Source of the DNA: Polyangia bacterium | Lineage (GTDB): Bacteria > Myxococcota_A > Polyangia > JAAYKL01 | DNA length: 40,251 nucleotides | Assembly (NCBI GenBank): GCA_050287845.1 | Contig: JBNKCR010000021.1 | Location: 1-40,251 of the forward strand | Reading direction: 5' to 3' | In this document: in pieces, positions 19,324-28,674 of the stretch | Layout of the letters: each line of letters begins with the position of its first letter | Numbering within the stretch: the stretch's first letter is position 1 | Notes under the pieces: generated by a model | Database searches by the model: none | What the model was told of the DNA's origin: nothing | Seen by the model: the letters and a program-made list of their open reading frames with translations, nothing else | Made by a program: the position numbers and the translations under genes

Positions 19324-19947
19324 ATGACAACTAAGATTTATACTCGTGCCGGAGATACAGGAACCACCGGACTCGCGGATGGCACCCGCGTTCCCAAGCA
19401 CTCTGTGCGCCTTGAAGCTTACGGGACGATTGACGAGGCCAACGCGAACCTTGGGCTGGCCCTCGCGTTGATTCAGGAGCAACTGGCGGAAGCCGATGGT
19501 TCTGAACACCGAAGTTCATCACTTTTACAGCCAGTGGTGAAACTTCAGGCCGTACTGGCGTATGTCTCCCATCGTCTATTTAATTGTTCAGCCATTCTGG
19601 CCCGTGGGCAGACGAAAGCTCCCGACGATTTGAAGGTGACCCCACTGGATGTCCGGAATCTGGAAAATGCCATCGATTTTTTTCAGGGGGTCACTGGACC
19701 ATTGACCGGATTTGTGCTGTGCGCCGGTGTTCCGGTGGGAGCGCAACTGCACATCGCTCGCACGGTGATTCGTCGTGCGGAACGGGCGATATGCCGTCTG
19801 TATGAAAATGAGCCGGGGGATGAACTGGTGTTGATGTTCGTGAACCGCGCCTCCGATTTGTTTTTTGCTGCGGCGCGTTTTACCAACTTTTCTTTGGGTG
19901 AAACAGATGTCCATTGGCAAAAGAACATTCCCTTTCCAGACCTATGA
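19324..19947 (+). CDS. pduO: ATP:cob(I)alamin adenosyltransferase, PduO type
   Basis: KIYTRAGDTGTTGL...RVPK...EAYGTIDEANA; HIARTVIRRAER; NRASDLFF. Confidence 0.93.
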   Translation: MTTKIYTRAGDTGTTGLADGTRVPKHSVRLEAYGTIDEANANLGLALALIQEQLAEADGSEHRSSSLLQPVVKLQAVLAYVSHRLFNCSAILARGQTKAPDDLKVTPLDVRNLENAIDFFQGVTGPLTGFVLCAGVPVGAQLHIARTVIRRAERAICRLYENEPGDELVLMFVNRASDLFFAAARFTNFSLGETDVHWQKNIPFPDL

Positions 19948-20109
19948 GCGCAATCCTCTCAGGATAGCATTGCTTCTCTTTGAGTCACGACGGGCGCAGT
20001 TGCATTCCATTGTTGTTGGCTGTACAGTTTTTTTTTACTGCTGTTTCGCTGTTTCAATGCAGTTGAAAACACGGTTCGTAGCCATTTTGCCTGGGGAACT
20101 GGAGGATAC

Positions 20110-22071
20110 ATGTCATCTGAAGTGGGAGTGTTTCTCTGCCGATGCAGTAATAATATTGCCGCAAAAGTTGATATTGAAAAGCTGGCCGCAGCGCTTGAAA
20201 AAGACGCCAATGTGGCGTTTGTCGAAAGCCATGATTTGCTTTGTGCCGTAAATGGGCAGGAGTTCTTTGCGCAGAAGCTTCAGGAGTCAGATGTTTCCAG
20301 GGTCGTGGTGGCCGCCTGTTCGCCGCGGGATCATGAGTCAACTTTTCAGAAATGCATGGCCAGTGCGGGCAGGAACAGATTTTTACTGCAGATGGCCAAT
20401 ATTCGCGAGCAGTGCACATGGGTCACCGCAGATAACAACGAAGCCTGGGCCAAAGCGCACGCCCTGACCAGAGCCGCCATTCGACGGGTGCAACTGCATG
20501 AAAAACTGCGAGAAAAGGAAATTGACTGCAATACGGACGTGGTTGTGATTGGCGGCGGTATCGCGGGTATCGAAGCAGCGTTGACGGCTGCCGGTGACGG
20601 TAGAAAAGTTACATTGATTGAAAAAGGGCCCTCTGTGGGCGGAATGATTGCCAGGTTGGAGGAAGTTGCACCGACAATGGAGTGCGCCCCCTGTATGCTG
20701 TCGCCACGAATTTCCGAGTTGGCGGAATGGGATAACATCGACGTGTTGACCAATTGTGATATGGTGGAAATAAAGGGGTATCTGGGAAATTTCGAAGTGC
20801 ATATCACGCATCGACCACGTATGGTGAATGCGGATGCGTGTATCGGCTGTGATGAATGCATCCGGGTATGCCCGGCGGATGTACCCGGAGATTTTGATTT
20901 CGGTTTGTCACAACGAAAAGCCATCGACGTTGTGTTTCCCGGATGTTCGCCCAATTGTGCCGTGGTAGACCTGAATGCCTGTCTGAAAATCGCAGGCGAA
21001 GAGTGCAATGCCTGTGTGGAAGCCTGCCCCGTCGATGCAATGGATTTTTCGATGACCGAACGCAGAGAGCTGATTCGCTGCGGCGCCCTTGTTGTGGCCA
21101 CCGGGGCAACCCGGTATAATCCAGAAAGCTTCTCCCGACTCGGTTTTGGGCGGTTGCCGGAGGTATATACCCACGAGCAGTTTGCCCGGCTGACAAGCAA
21201 CCATGGACCCACGGGTGGGAAGATTCTGAAAAAGGATGGCACCCGGCCGGATAACATCACGTTCATTCACTGTGTGGGGAGGGCAGAATTGGGGTATTGC
21301 TCGCGCAGCTGCTGCGAAGCCGCACTGGGGCTGTCACTCACATCCCTCGAACAGATTGACGGGGTTGGGGTAGTGCATCTGATTGAAGATGTTGTGTGCG
21401 GCGGAGAGTCCGGTCAAAGGCTGCTGCAGTCGGTGAAAATGGAGAATTCCAGACGCCGCGATGGGCAGGCAATTCATCGTGAAATCGATATGGCGTCTGT
21501 GGCTGTTGTTGCGGAGCACGATCGCTTGAGGATTCTTTGGGATGACCAGCAGCCAGGGGATGTGATTGTGACGGATATGGTGGTACTTGTGACGGGTACC
21601 GTCCCGTCCCGGGAGTCTCAGATGTTGCAGCGCAAGCTGGATCTGGTAACGACGAGCGCTGGTTTTGTAGCGCCGGATCATGCCATCCTTCGTGCCTGCC
21701 AGACGAGTCTGGATGGTGTATTCATGGCGGGCACGGTGGCTGGTGGCTGCAGTATTTCGGAAAGCATCATGACTGCCAGAGCGGCGGTCGGAGGCGTGCT
21801 GTCGAAACTGATTCCCGGAAAAAAACTTTCGTTGAAATCGATTGTTGCAAAGGCTGATTCTGATGTATGCAGCGCCTGTGGTTTGTGTGCGCAGGTCTGC
21901 CCATTTTCCGCAATTCAGATGGACGGCGTCCGTAAAGTTGCACTGGTCAATGAGGTTCTCTGTCAGGGCTGCGGCACTTGCGCCGGTACCTGCCCGAGTG
22001 GCGCGGCCCTTGCCAGACATTTTACCGAAGCGCAATTGGAAGCCGAGGTGGAGGAGGTTCTCCGTGGGTGA
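20110..22071 (+). CDS. hdrA: Heterodisulfide reductase subunit A-like FAD/Fe-S protein (divergent flavin pocket)
   Basis: GVFLCRC..NI, ACSPRDHE, ANIREQC, VIGGGIAG, inserted ferredoxin CIGCDEC..CP, CVG...YCSRSCC, C-terminal ferredoxin CSACGLC..CP / CQGCGTC..CP; RBS GGAGGA. Confidence 0.92.
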   Translation: MSSEVGVFLCRCSNNIAAKVDIEKLAAALEKDANVAFVESHDLLCAVNGQEFFAQKLQESDVSRVVVAACSPRDHESTFQKCMASAGRNRFLLQMANIREQCTWVTADNNEAWAKAHALTRAAIRRVQLHEKLREKEIDCNTDVVVIGGGIAGIEAALTAAGDGRKVTLIEKGPSVGGMIARLEEVAPTMECAPCMLSPRISELAEWDNIDVLTNCDMVEIKGYLGNFEVHITHRPRMVNADACIGCDECIRVCPADVPGDFDFGLSQRKAIDVVFPGCSPNCAVVDLNACLKIAGEECNACVEACPVDAMDFSMTERRELIRCGALVVATGATRYNPESFSRLGFGRLPEVYTHEQFARLTSNHGPTGGKILKKDGTRPDNITFIHCVGRAELGYCSRSCCEAALGLSLTSLEQIDGVGVVHLIEDVVCGGESGQRLLQSVKMENSRRRDGQAIHREIDMASVAVVAEHDRLRILWDDQQPGDVIVTDMVVLVTGTVPSRESQMLQRKLDLVTTSAGFVAPDHAILRACQTSLDGVFMAGTVAGGCSISESIMTARAAVGGVLSKLIPGKKLSLKSIVAKADSDVCSACGLCAQVCPFSAIQMDGVRKVALVNEVLCQGCGTCAGTCPSGAALARHFTEAQLEAEVEEVLRG

Positions 22072-22492
22072 AGTGAAACTGTTGACGTTTGCGTGTAACT
22101 GGTGTTCATATGAGGGTGCCGATCAGACGGGAGGCCTTAAAATTCAATATCCATCCGGGGTTCGACTGGTGAAGGTGATGTGTTCGGGACGAGTGGATCC
22201 TCACATGGTTTTACGTGGATTCCGACAGGGTGCAGATGGCGTGCTGGTATTGGGATGTCACCCGGGGGACTGTCACTATAAATCGGGGAATTACAGTGCG
22301 CAGCGACGAATGTTGCTTCTGGAACCGCTACTCAGACAATTCGGTATTGCGAAGGAGCGATTTCAATTGAATTGGGTGTCTGCGGGAGAAGGAGAACGGT
22401 TTGGCAGACTGGTCAACGAGATGTACGAAAAGCTAGTCACCCTCGGGCCGCTGCATCTGGCTGACCGGCAGGTGAAGGAGGACATGGTATAA
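22064..22492 (+). CDS. mvhD: Methyl-viologen-reducing hydrogenase delta subunit ([2Fe-2S])
   Basis: FACNWCSYEGAD, MCSGRVDP, GCHPGDCHY..GN, WVSAGEG; GTG start at 22064 after GGAGG, overlapping the hdrA end. Confidence 0.95.
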   Translation: MGEVKLLTFACNWCSYEGADQTGGLKIQYPSGVRLVKVMCSGRVDPHMVLRGFRQGADGVLVLGCHPGDCHYKSGNYSAQRRMLLLEPLLRQFGIAKERFQLNWVSAGEGERFGRLVNEMYEKLVTLGPLHLADRQVKEDMV

Positions 22493-22497
22493 GTGGG

Positions 22498-23469
22498 ATG
22501 AAACCCAAAATCGCTTTTTACTGGTGTGCATCGTGTGGCGGCTGCGAAGAAGCCGTGGTGGATTTGAACGCATCCCTCCTCGACGTGGCAAACAACATGG
22601 AAATTGTTCTCTGGCCGGTGGTATTGGACTACAAATATGTCGACATTGAAGGGATGAACGATGGTGAGATTGCGGTGGCTTTTATCAATGGCGCTATTCG
22701 AACAGACGAGCAGGCCCATATTGCACGGATGCTTCGGAAGAAGGCGGCCATGGTGGTGGCATTCGGAAGCTGCGCCCATTCCGGAGGAATTCCCGGTCTG
22801 GCAAACCTGACGAGTAAAGCCGAAATATTCAAAACGTCGTATCTGTCGTCTCCCACGGTGGAGAATAAGGCGGGAATCGTGCCGGTCATGTCAACATCTG
22901 TTGATGGTGTGACGGCGAATCTTCCCGGATTCTGGCCCCAGGTTCATACCCTGGATCAGTTGATTGATGTGGATTACTATCTGCCTGGCTGTCCTCCGAT
23001 GCCGGATAATATCACCGGCGCCATAGCGGCGATCATGGAAAACCGGCTCCCCGGAAAGGGCAGCGTCATTGGCAGTAAAAAGGCGCTTTGCGACACCTGT
23101 ACCCGTGCCAGACCGGAGAAACCCGTCTTTCATAAAAGGTTTTATCTGCCTCATGAAAAAATAGCCGATCCGGAGGTGTGTTTCCTGGCTCAGGGAATCA
23201 TCTGCTGCGGCCCGGCTACCAGAAGCGGTTGCGGAGAGAAATGCCTGCATGGAAATATGCCCTGCACCGGATGCTTCGGCCCCCTCGATAACGTGAAGGA
23301 CCAGGGGGCGGCTATGATTTCCGCCGTGGCGGCTTACATGGAAGGCTGCACCGCCGATGAAGTCCGCGCTGTGGTGGCGACAATTGCCGATCCTGCGGGG
23401 ACTTTTTATCGATACTGTGTGCCCGCGTCTCAGCTGTTTCGCACCGGTGGAAAGGAGGGCGAGCAGTGA
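22498..23469 (+). CDS. mvhG: Group 3 [NiFe]-hydrogenase small subunit (MvhG type)
   Basis: WCASCGGCE, FGSCAHSGGIPGL, YLPGCPP, CDTC, CFLAQG..CCGPATRSGC, PCTGCFGP. Confidence 0.93.
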   Translation: MKPKIAFYWCASCGGCEEAVVDLNASLLDVANNMEIVLWPVVLDYKYVDIEGMNDGEIAVAFINGAIRTDEQAHIARMLRKKAAMVVAFGSCAHSGGIPGLANLTSKAEIFKTSYLSSPTVENKAGIVPVMSTSVDGVTANLPGFWPQVHTLDQLIDVDYYLPGCPPMPDNITGAIAAIMENRLPGKGSVIGSKKALCDTCTRARPEKPVFHKRFYLPHEKIADPEVCFLAQGIICCGPATRSGCGEKCLHGNMPCTGCFGPLDNVKDQGAAMISAVAAYMEGCTADEVRAVVATIADPAGTFYRYCVPASQLFRTGGKEGEQ

Positions 23470-24923
23470 GAACCATTGTCATTGATCCGATTACTCGTCT
23501 GGAAGGACACGGAAAGATAAGTATTTTTCTGAATGACACAGGCAATGTGGAAAAAGCATTGTTTCAGGTCCCGGAGCTCAGGGGGTTCGAGGCATTTACG
23601 ATTGGACGCCCCGCGGTGGATATGCCCCAGATTACATCGCGTATCTGTGGCGTATGTCCTACCACCCATCATATAGCGTCCACCAAAGCGTTGGATTCGC
23701 TGTATGGAGTCTCGCCTACGCCTGCCGCACGAGCCATTCGGGAGCTGGTGAACAGTGCTTTCATCTGCGAGGACCACGCATTGCATTTTTATATTCTGGG
23801 CGGACCGGATTTTATCGTTGGTCCGGATGCCCCGGTAGCGCTGCGGAACGTACTGGGGGTCATTTCAAAACTTGGTGCTGAAAATGGCGCCTATGTCATC
23901 GAGATGCGCAGGAAGATACGTCGCATCATTGAAATGTGTGCCGGAAAGCCCATTCATCCGGTTTTTGGTCTGCCCGGGGGCGTTTCCAGGTCGGTGACTG
24001 ATGAGATGCGACGGGAGTTTCAGTCTATTTCAAAGGAAACGGTTGCGTTCGCCCAGCTCTCCCTGAAGCTGTTTCATGAGCTGGTCCTGGGCAATCCCGA
24101 TTATCGGGAGCTGATTACAGGAGATATTTACTATCATGAAACCCACCATATGGGGATGGTTGATGCCAACGGAAATGTCAATTTCTACGACGGCGAGTTG
24201 CGGGTTGTCGATCCGGCCGGTAAATTTGTCGTTCAATACCGACCGGAGGATTACTACAACATCATTGGAGAGCATGTGGAGGATTGGACGTACATCAAAT
24301 TTCCGTATCTTCGGGAGAAAGGATGGCATGGATTTGTGGACGGCCCGGAGAGTGGCGTCTATCGGGTGGCTCCGCTGGCGCGGCTGAATGTGGCGGACGG
24401 TATGGCAACGCCGCTGGCTCAGAGCGAGTATGAAAGGATGTACCGCACTCTAGGTGGGCCGGTGTCCAATCACACGCTGGCAAACCACTGGGCCCGTCTG
24501 ATCGAAATGCTGTACTGCGCGGAGAGAATGGTTGAACTGTCGGATGCTCCGGAACTGACATCTCCGGATATTCGCAATATGAGTTTTCAGACGCCCGGTG
24601 AAGGTGTGGGCATTGTGGAAGCGCCCCGTGGCACCCTGATTCACCACTACCGCACGGATGAACGTGGAATTTTGACCGGTTGCAATTTAATCGTTGCCAC
24701 CGTCTCCAACGCGGCTATTATATGCATGGGCATTGAGAAAGCGGCGAAGCAACTCATCAGTGACGGGAAAGTCGATGATGGATTGCTGAATATGGTTGAA
24801 ATGACATTTCGGTCATATGACCCGTGTCTTTCATGTGCCACACATGCATTGGGGCAGACACCCCTCAGGATTGAAATCGTCGAGCCCGATGGGGGAATTC
24901 GGCAGATAATTACCAGGAGGTAA
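23466..24923 (+). CDS. mvhA: Group 3c-type [NiFe]-hydrogenase large subunit (MvhA type)
   Basis: IDPITRLEGHG, L1 RICGVC, EAPRGTLIHHY, L2 DPCLSCATH plus cleavable C-terminal extension; context with mvhD/mvhG. Confidence 0.95.
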   Translation: MRTIVIDPITRLEGHGKISIFLNDTGNVEKALFQVPELRGFEAFTIGRPAVDMPQITSRICGVCPTTHHIASTKALDSLYGVSPTPAARAIRELVNSAFICEDHALHFYILGGPDFIVGPDAPVALRNVLGVISKLGAENGAYVIEMRRKIRRIIEMCAGKPIHPVFGLPGGVSRSVTDEMRREFQSISKETVAFAQLSLKLFHELVLGNPDYRELITGDIYYHETHHMGMVDANGNVNFYDGELRVVDPAGKFVVQYRPEDYYNIIGEHVEDWTYIKFPYLREKGWHGFVDGPESGVYRVAPLARLNVADGMATPLAQSEYERMYRTLGGPVSNHTLANHWARLIEMLYCAERMVELSDAPELTSPDIRNMSFQTPGEGVGIVEAPRGTLIHHYRTDERGILTGCNLIVATVSNAAIICMGIEKAAKQLISDGKVDDGLLNMVEMTFRSYDPCLSCATHALGQTPLRIEIVEPDGGIRQIITRR

Positions 24924-24931
24924 TCTAAACG

Positions 24932-25156
24932 ATGGCTACTGAAGTACTTGATTGTAATGGCATGAAGTGTCCACAGCCCGTGTTGAAAGTTGCGATTCAA
25001 GCTCGAAAAATTGCGCCCGGAACCACATTGGAAGTATTGGCGGATTGCTCCGCATTTCCGAACGATATCCAGAAATGGTGCGACAAAAACAAAAAGACGT
25101 TGATCAGTTGCTCAGATATAGGTGGCGGCACCTTCAAGGCTCAGATTCAATTCTGA
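24932..25156 (+). CDS. tusA: TusA/SirA family sulfur carrier protein
   Basis: LDCNGMKCPQPV (CPxP), GTTLEVLAD, DIQKWC; RBS AGGAGG inside the mvhA 3' end. Confidence 0.9.
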   Translation: MATEVLDCNGMKCPQPVLKVAIQARKIAPGTTLEVLADCSAFPNDIQKWCDKNKKTLISCSDIGGGTFKAQIQF

Positions 25157-25360
25157 TTTCTCCGTTTTTTTGAATAATTTATTTTACATGCAGGCAGGAT
25201 TAGACCGATTGAACACCGCGTTGGTTGTGCGGTAAGAATGACCAGGCCGGCTATCCGATTCAACAGGCCAATGCATGTCCTGCAAGGAAATCCGGATGAT
25301 TTGTGATGTATATAAGGCTGGGGAAAATTCGCTTGTGGAATGAAGATCTGGAAGGATTTC

Positions 25361-26095
25361 TTACTGCTTGCGGATGCTCACAGTACGGGTGCCGCCGTCG
25401 TATACCTGAATTCCGGAAATTTCAATGGACCCCTGTTTGGCTTCGTATTCGCCAGCCATCAGTTTGATGGGGGTGCAGGTTGAATATTTGCCAGGCATCC
25501 AGTCGGTAGCGCCTTTCTGACGAATTTTAATTGCTGCCCGACGACAACCGCCACCGGGAGTATCCAGGGTAATTTCGCCCACAGGGAATTTTACCTGCTG
25601 CTCCAGACGGCGTCCCTGTGTCAACTCAATGCCACGTAACGTCAACTCCGGATTTCCGGCAATCTTTTTGGTTGTAAACGTGACGTCGTATACCCCCGGC
25701 GCAATTTCAGTTTCGACGTCGGTTCGTACGTTATCCATAACCACGTTGGCGTTCGCATCTGCTGTCACCACCTTATATGTGGCTTTGATTTTTTCGCCGT
25801 TGGCGGTAACCCTGGGAAGGAAGACCGCCATGGTGCCGCCGATGGCATCTTTATCTGCTTCAACAGGCGAGGCATCAACCATCTGGTCCTGCTGTGGATT
25901 TTCTTCGGCTTCAACCGCTGCCATATCCAAATCCGGGCTTTCACCGAGGATGGCATCCACCGGATCGTAGTCATCGGGGGTGCTACTGAGAGACCGCTCC
26001 TTGAGGCTGGTCTCCTGGGAAATGTCTGTGCCGCCGCAACCCGTCAACAGGAGAACGCCGAGTAGCAAACCAGGAAAATACTTTACTTTTGTCAT
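25361..26095 (-). CDS. Lipoprotein with acidic linker and two small beta-sandwich (PEGA-like) domains
   Basis: Lipobox LTG-C; repeated IAPGVYDV / LMAGEYEA motifs; RBS GGAGGG. Confidence 0.75.
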   Translation of the reverse strand: MTKVKYFPGLLLGVLLLTGCGGTDISQETSLKERSLSSTPDDYDPVDAILGESPDLDMAAVEAEENPQQDQMVDASPVEADKDAIGGTMAVFLPRVTANGEKIKATYKVVTADANANVVMDNVRTDVETEIAPGVYDVTFTTKKIAGNPELTLRGIELTQGRRLEQQVKFPVGEITLDTPGGGCRRAAIKIRQKGATDWMPGKYSTCTPIKLMAGEYEAKQGSIEISGIQVYDGGTRTVSIRKQ

Positions 26096-26581
26096 TATAT
26101 TCCCTCCATTTCATTCAAAACATCTTTCACATTTGTTTACACAAATAGCGAAAAAAATGCAAGCATTCACGCATAGGGCATCGGTAGAATTGCGTGTACG
26201 CAATTTCGTTTTAACGGCATTGGTGCACTTTTACAGGGGATCCGCATGCGGAAATTCAGACATAGACTGCATTTGCCGTAAGAACCACCGGAATTTAAAC
26301 AATTTGCTCACCAGTGCCATGGCAATTAATACGTCTCGGCAACCTTTTGGATCCCGACATCGCTGCGGAAAAGTAAAAAAGTCAGAGGAAAAATTTTAAG
26401 ATACAAAAAAAGAACCAACGCGCGGCCGTATTGAACTATATAATGTAACATCTATAGAAATTGGAAAAATTACTGGATTTTTGTTAAATGTATAATTTTT
26501 TAATATGGTGTTTTTATTGAGCCGGTTTTTCAGGGTAGGTTTCACTATACCAGTGCGAGAGGGGAGATCGGTTCGTAGCAT

Positions 26582-27232
26582 ATGCGAGAGGCTTTAAGTT
26601 ATATGGTTGCCAGACCGGAAATGAAAAAAGAGACGGTTCGGGTGCCCTTTATCGGAGATGACAGTGCGTTGGCGCAGGCTCTGAAAGCCGGACAACCGGG
26701 AGCCAGAGAAGCGCTTTATGAACGATACGCACATCATGTTCGGGGGGTGCTGGTTCGAACCCTCGGGACCAATGTGGATTTGCAGGATCACCTGCACAAT
26801 GTGTTTATCGAAGCATTTTCGAGCACATCCGGGATTCGGGAGGACAACAGACTGAAGTCCTGGCTCACCAGTGTGACCGTTTATACGGCGATCGCCCATA
26901 TCCGGCGAACGAGCAGAAAGCGCTGGCTGGTTTTTTCTGCCCCTGAGGAACTGCCGGAAATTGAAACAAATGATGTTGATGTGGAAAAACGGCGCGTGTT
27001 GGCGCAGGTGTACGAGATATTGGGAAAGATGTCAGTGAAAGAGAGAATTCCGTTTTCGTTGCGGGTGATAGACGGTATGTCGCTCCAGGATGTCGCTGAT
27101 GGGTGTGATGTCTCGCTGGCAACAATAAAGCGGAGAATATCAAAGGCAAAACAGAGATTTGCCATTCTGGCCAGGAATTATCCATCTCTGATAGAACTGA
27201 TGGATGACGATGTGTCGTGGAGACAATTTTAA
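26582..27232 (+). CDS. ECF-type RNA polymerase sigma-70 factor
   Basis: Region 2 ALYERY..HV...QDHLHNVFIEAF...LKSWL; region 4 ERIPFSLRVIDGMSLQDVA....SLATIKRRISKA. Confidence 0.92.
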   Translation: MREALSYMVARPEMKKETVRVPFIGDDSALAQALKAGQPGAREALYERYAHHVRGVLVRTLGTNVDLQDHLHNVFIEAFSSTSGIREDNRLKSWLTSVTVYTAIAHIRRTSRKRWLVFSAPEELPEIETNDVDVEKRRVLAQVYEILGKMSVKERIPFSLRVIDGMSLQDVADGCDVSLATIKRRISKAKQRFAILARNYPSLIELMDDDVSWRQF

Positions 27233-28548
27233 TGTCTACAAGTGGATTTGGAAAGAAAATTGCCGAGTATCAGGATGATGTATTGTCCGTTCGCGACAGG
27301 AGTGAGAATGATATAGATGCCGTGAGAGAACGACTGTTCGCGAGAAATATCATGGATTTATCACCGTCTCGTGGCTGGATGCCCCGGTTTGTGTTGGCAT
27401 TTGCAGTGGTTGCGACAGGTATCTTCTTTTTATTTGTTATTCGGCCATGGGATTTGAACGCTCCCGGTGATGAAGTTTCCGCCGCCAACTCGGTTACCGG
27501 AAAATGGTTGAACGCCAATGCTGCTGAACAGCACGTAGCCTTCGGCGATCGATCGGAAGTAATTTTGAAGAAGGGCGCAAGTGCCCGAGTCATCAGTGAA
27601 GACGGACATCACGTACACTTTTTACTTGAAAAGGGAGAGGCTGACGTCAATGTAGTTCATTATGCAGACACCGAGTGGACACTGGATTGTGGTCCATATA
27701 GAGTCGATGTCATAGGCACGCAGTTTCATTTGCGTTGGGATCCCTCTCAGGAGGTTTTTCAGCTTGCATTGGAAGCAGGCTCCGTGAAAATCTCCGGTCC
27801 GATGGTGGAATCCGGGAGGCGCATTTCCCGTAAAGAAACCTTCACTGCAAACGTTGCAGCGGGAAATTTCACGGTTCAGTCCAACCAGAGAAATGAAATC
27901 CCGGGGTCTCCGGACAACGCACTGGATAGCGCCCCGGCGGCGACACCGTCGGCTTTGGACGCGGGAAGCGCATCCACAATCCCCGAAGAGACCATTAAAA
28001 ACTCCGGTCGTGTCAGGCAACACCATGATAAACGAAAAAAGGCGCAGGGGTCAATTGCATCGGGAAAACAGTTGAATGCCAACCCTTTAACATGGCAGGA
28101 TATGAACCGCGCTGGCCAATTCGATGAAGTGGTGCGCGATGCACGCACCATAGGCGTTTCCGTGGCGTTTCGGGAGAAGCCGACGGCGGAGCTGATGGCG
28201 CTTGGAGATGCGGCTCGTCTCTGTAAGGAATGGCAACTCGCCCATGATGCCTATCTGGCATTGCGCAAGCGTGAACCCGGATCGCGCAACGCGGCGACGG
28301 CAGCGTTTTCTGTTGGGCGAATTGCGTTTGATGCGCAACGCGATTACCTCGCTGCCGCTCGCTGGTTGGAGACCTACCTGAAAGAAGCGCCGTCCGGCCG
28401 ACTTGCCCGGGAAGCGCTGGGCCGATTGATGGAAGCCCGACAAAAATCAGGAAACATGGATGGTGCTCGCTCAACCGCAGAAAGTTACCTGCAGAAGTAT
28501 CCCTCTGGACCATATGCGGAACTGGCGCGGCGTTTACTGGGCAGATAA
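27232..28548 (+). CDS. FecR-domain anti-sigma factor with one TM and C-terminal TPR-like domain
   Basis: TM FVLAFAVVATGIFFLFVI; FecR motifs LEKGEA, RVDVIGTQF, EAGSV; TPR-like C-terminus ending YLQKYPSGPYA; TAATG coupling to the sigma gene. Confidence 0.87.
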   Translation: MSTSGFGKKIAEYQDDVLSVRDRSENDIDAVRERLFARNIMDLSPSRGWMPRFVLAFAVVATGIFFLFVIRPWDLNAPGDEVSAANSVTGKWLNANAAEQHVAFGDRSEVILKKGASARVISEDGHHVHFLLEKGEADVNVVHYADTEWTLDCGPYRVDVIGTQFHLRWDPSQEVFQLALEAGSVKISGPMVESGRRISRKETFTANVAAGNFTVQSNQRNEIPGSPDNALDSAPAATPSALDAGSASTIPEETIKNSGRVRQHHDKRKKAQGSIASGKQLNANPLTWQDMNRAGQFDEVVRDARTIGVSVAFREKPTAELMALGDAARLCKEWQLAHDAYLALRKREPGSRNAATAAFSVGRIAFDAQRDYLAAARWLETYLKEAPSGRLAREALGRLMEARQKSGNMDGARSTAESYLQKYPSGPYAELARRLLGR

Positions 28549-28674
28549 CGTTTTTCTCCTTCCCGTTCCATCTTCTCCCAAAATAGTTTTATAAAAAGGC
28601 TACTCAATCTTTTTTGTTTTGTACCGATAAGAGGAGTGGACTTTGGGAAACGTCAGAACCACGGGAGACGTACT

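Noticed and set aside
21842..22063. N-terminal extension of MvhD given by the ORF track
   Set aside because: It overlaps hdrA out of frame; the real start is GTG 22064 with a good RBS.
20110..24923. Selenocysteine recoding in HdrA/MvhD/MvhA
   Set aside because: All frames are open, with Cys codons at the relevant motifs (e.g. DPCLSC); no in-frame TGA.
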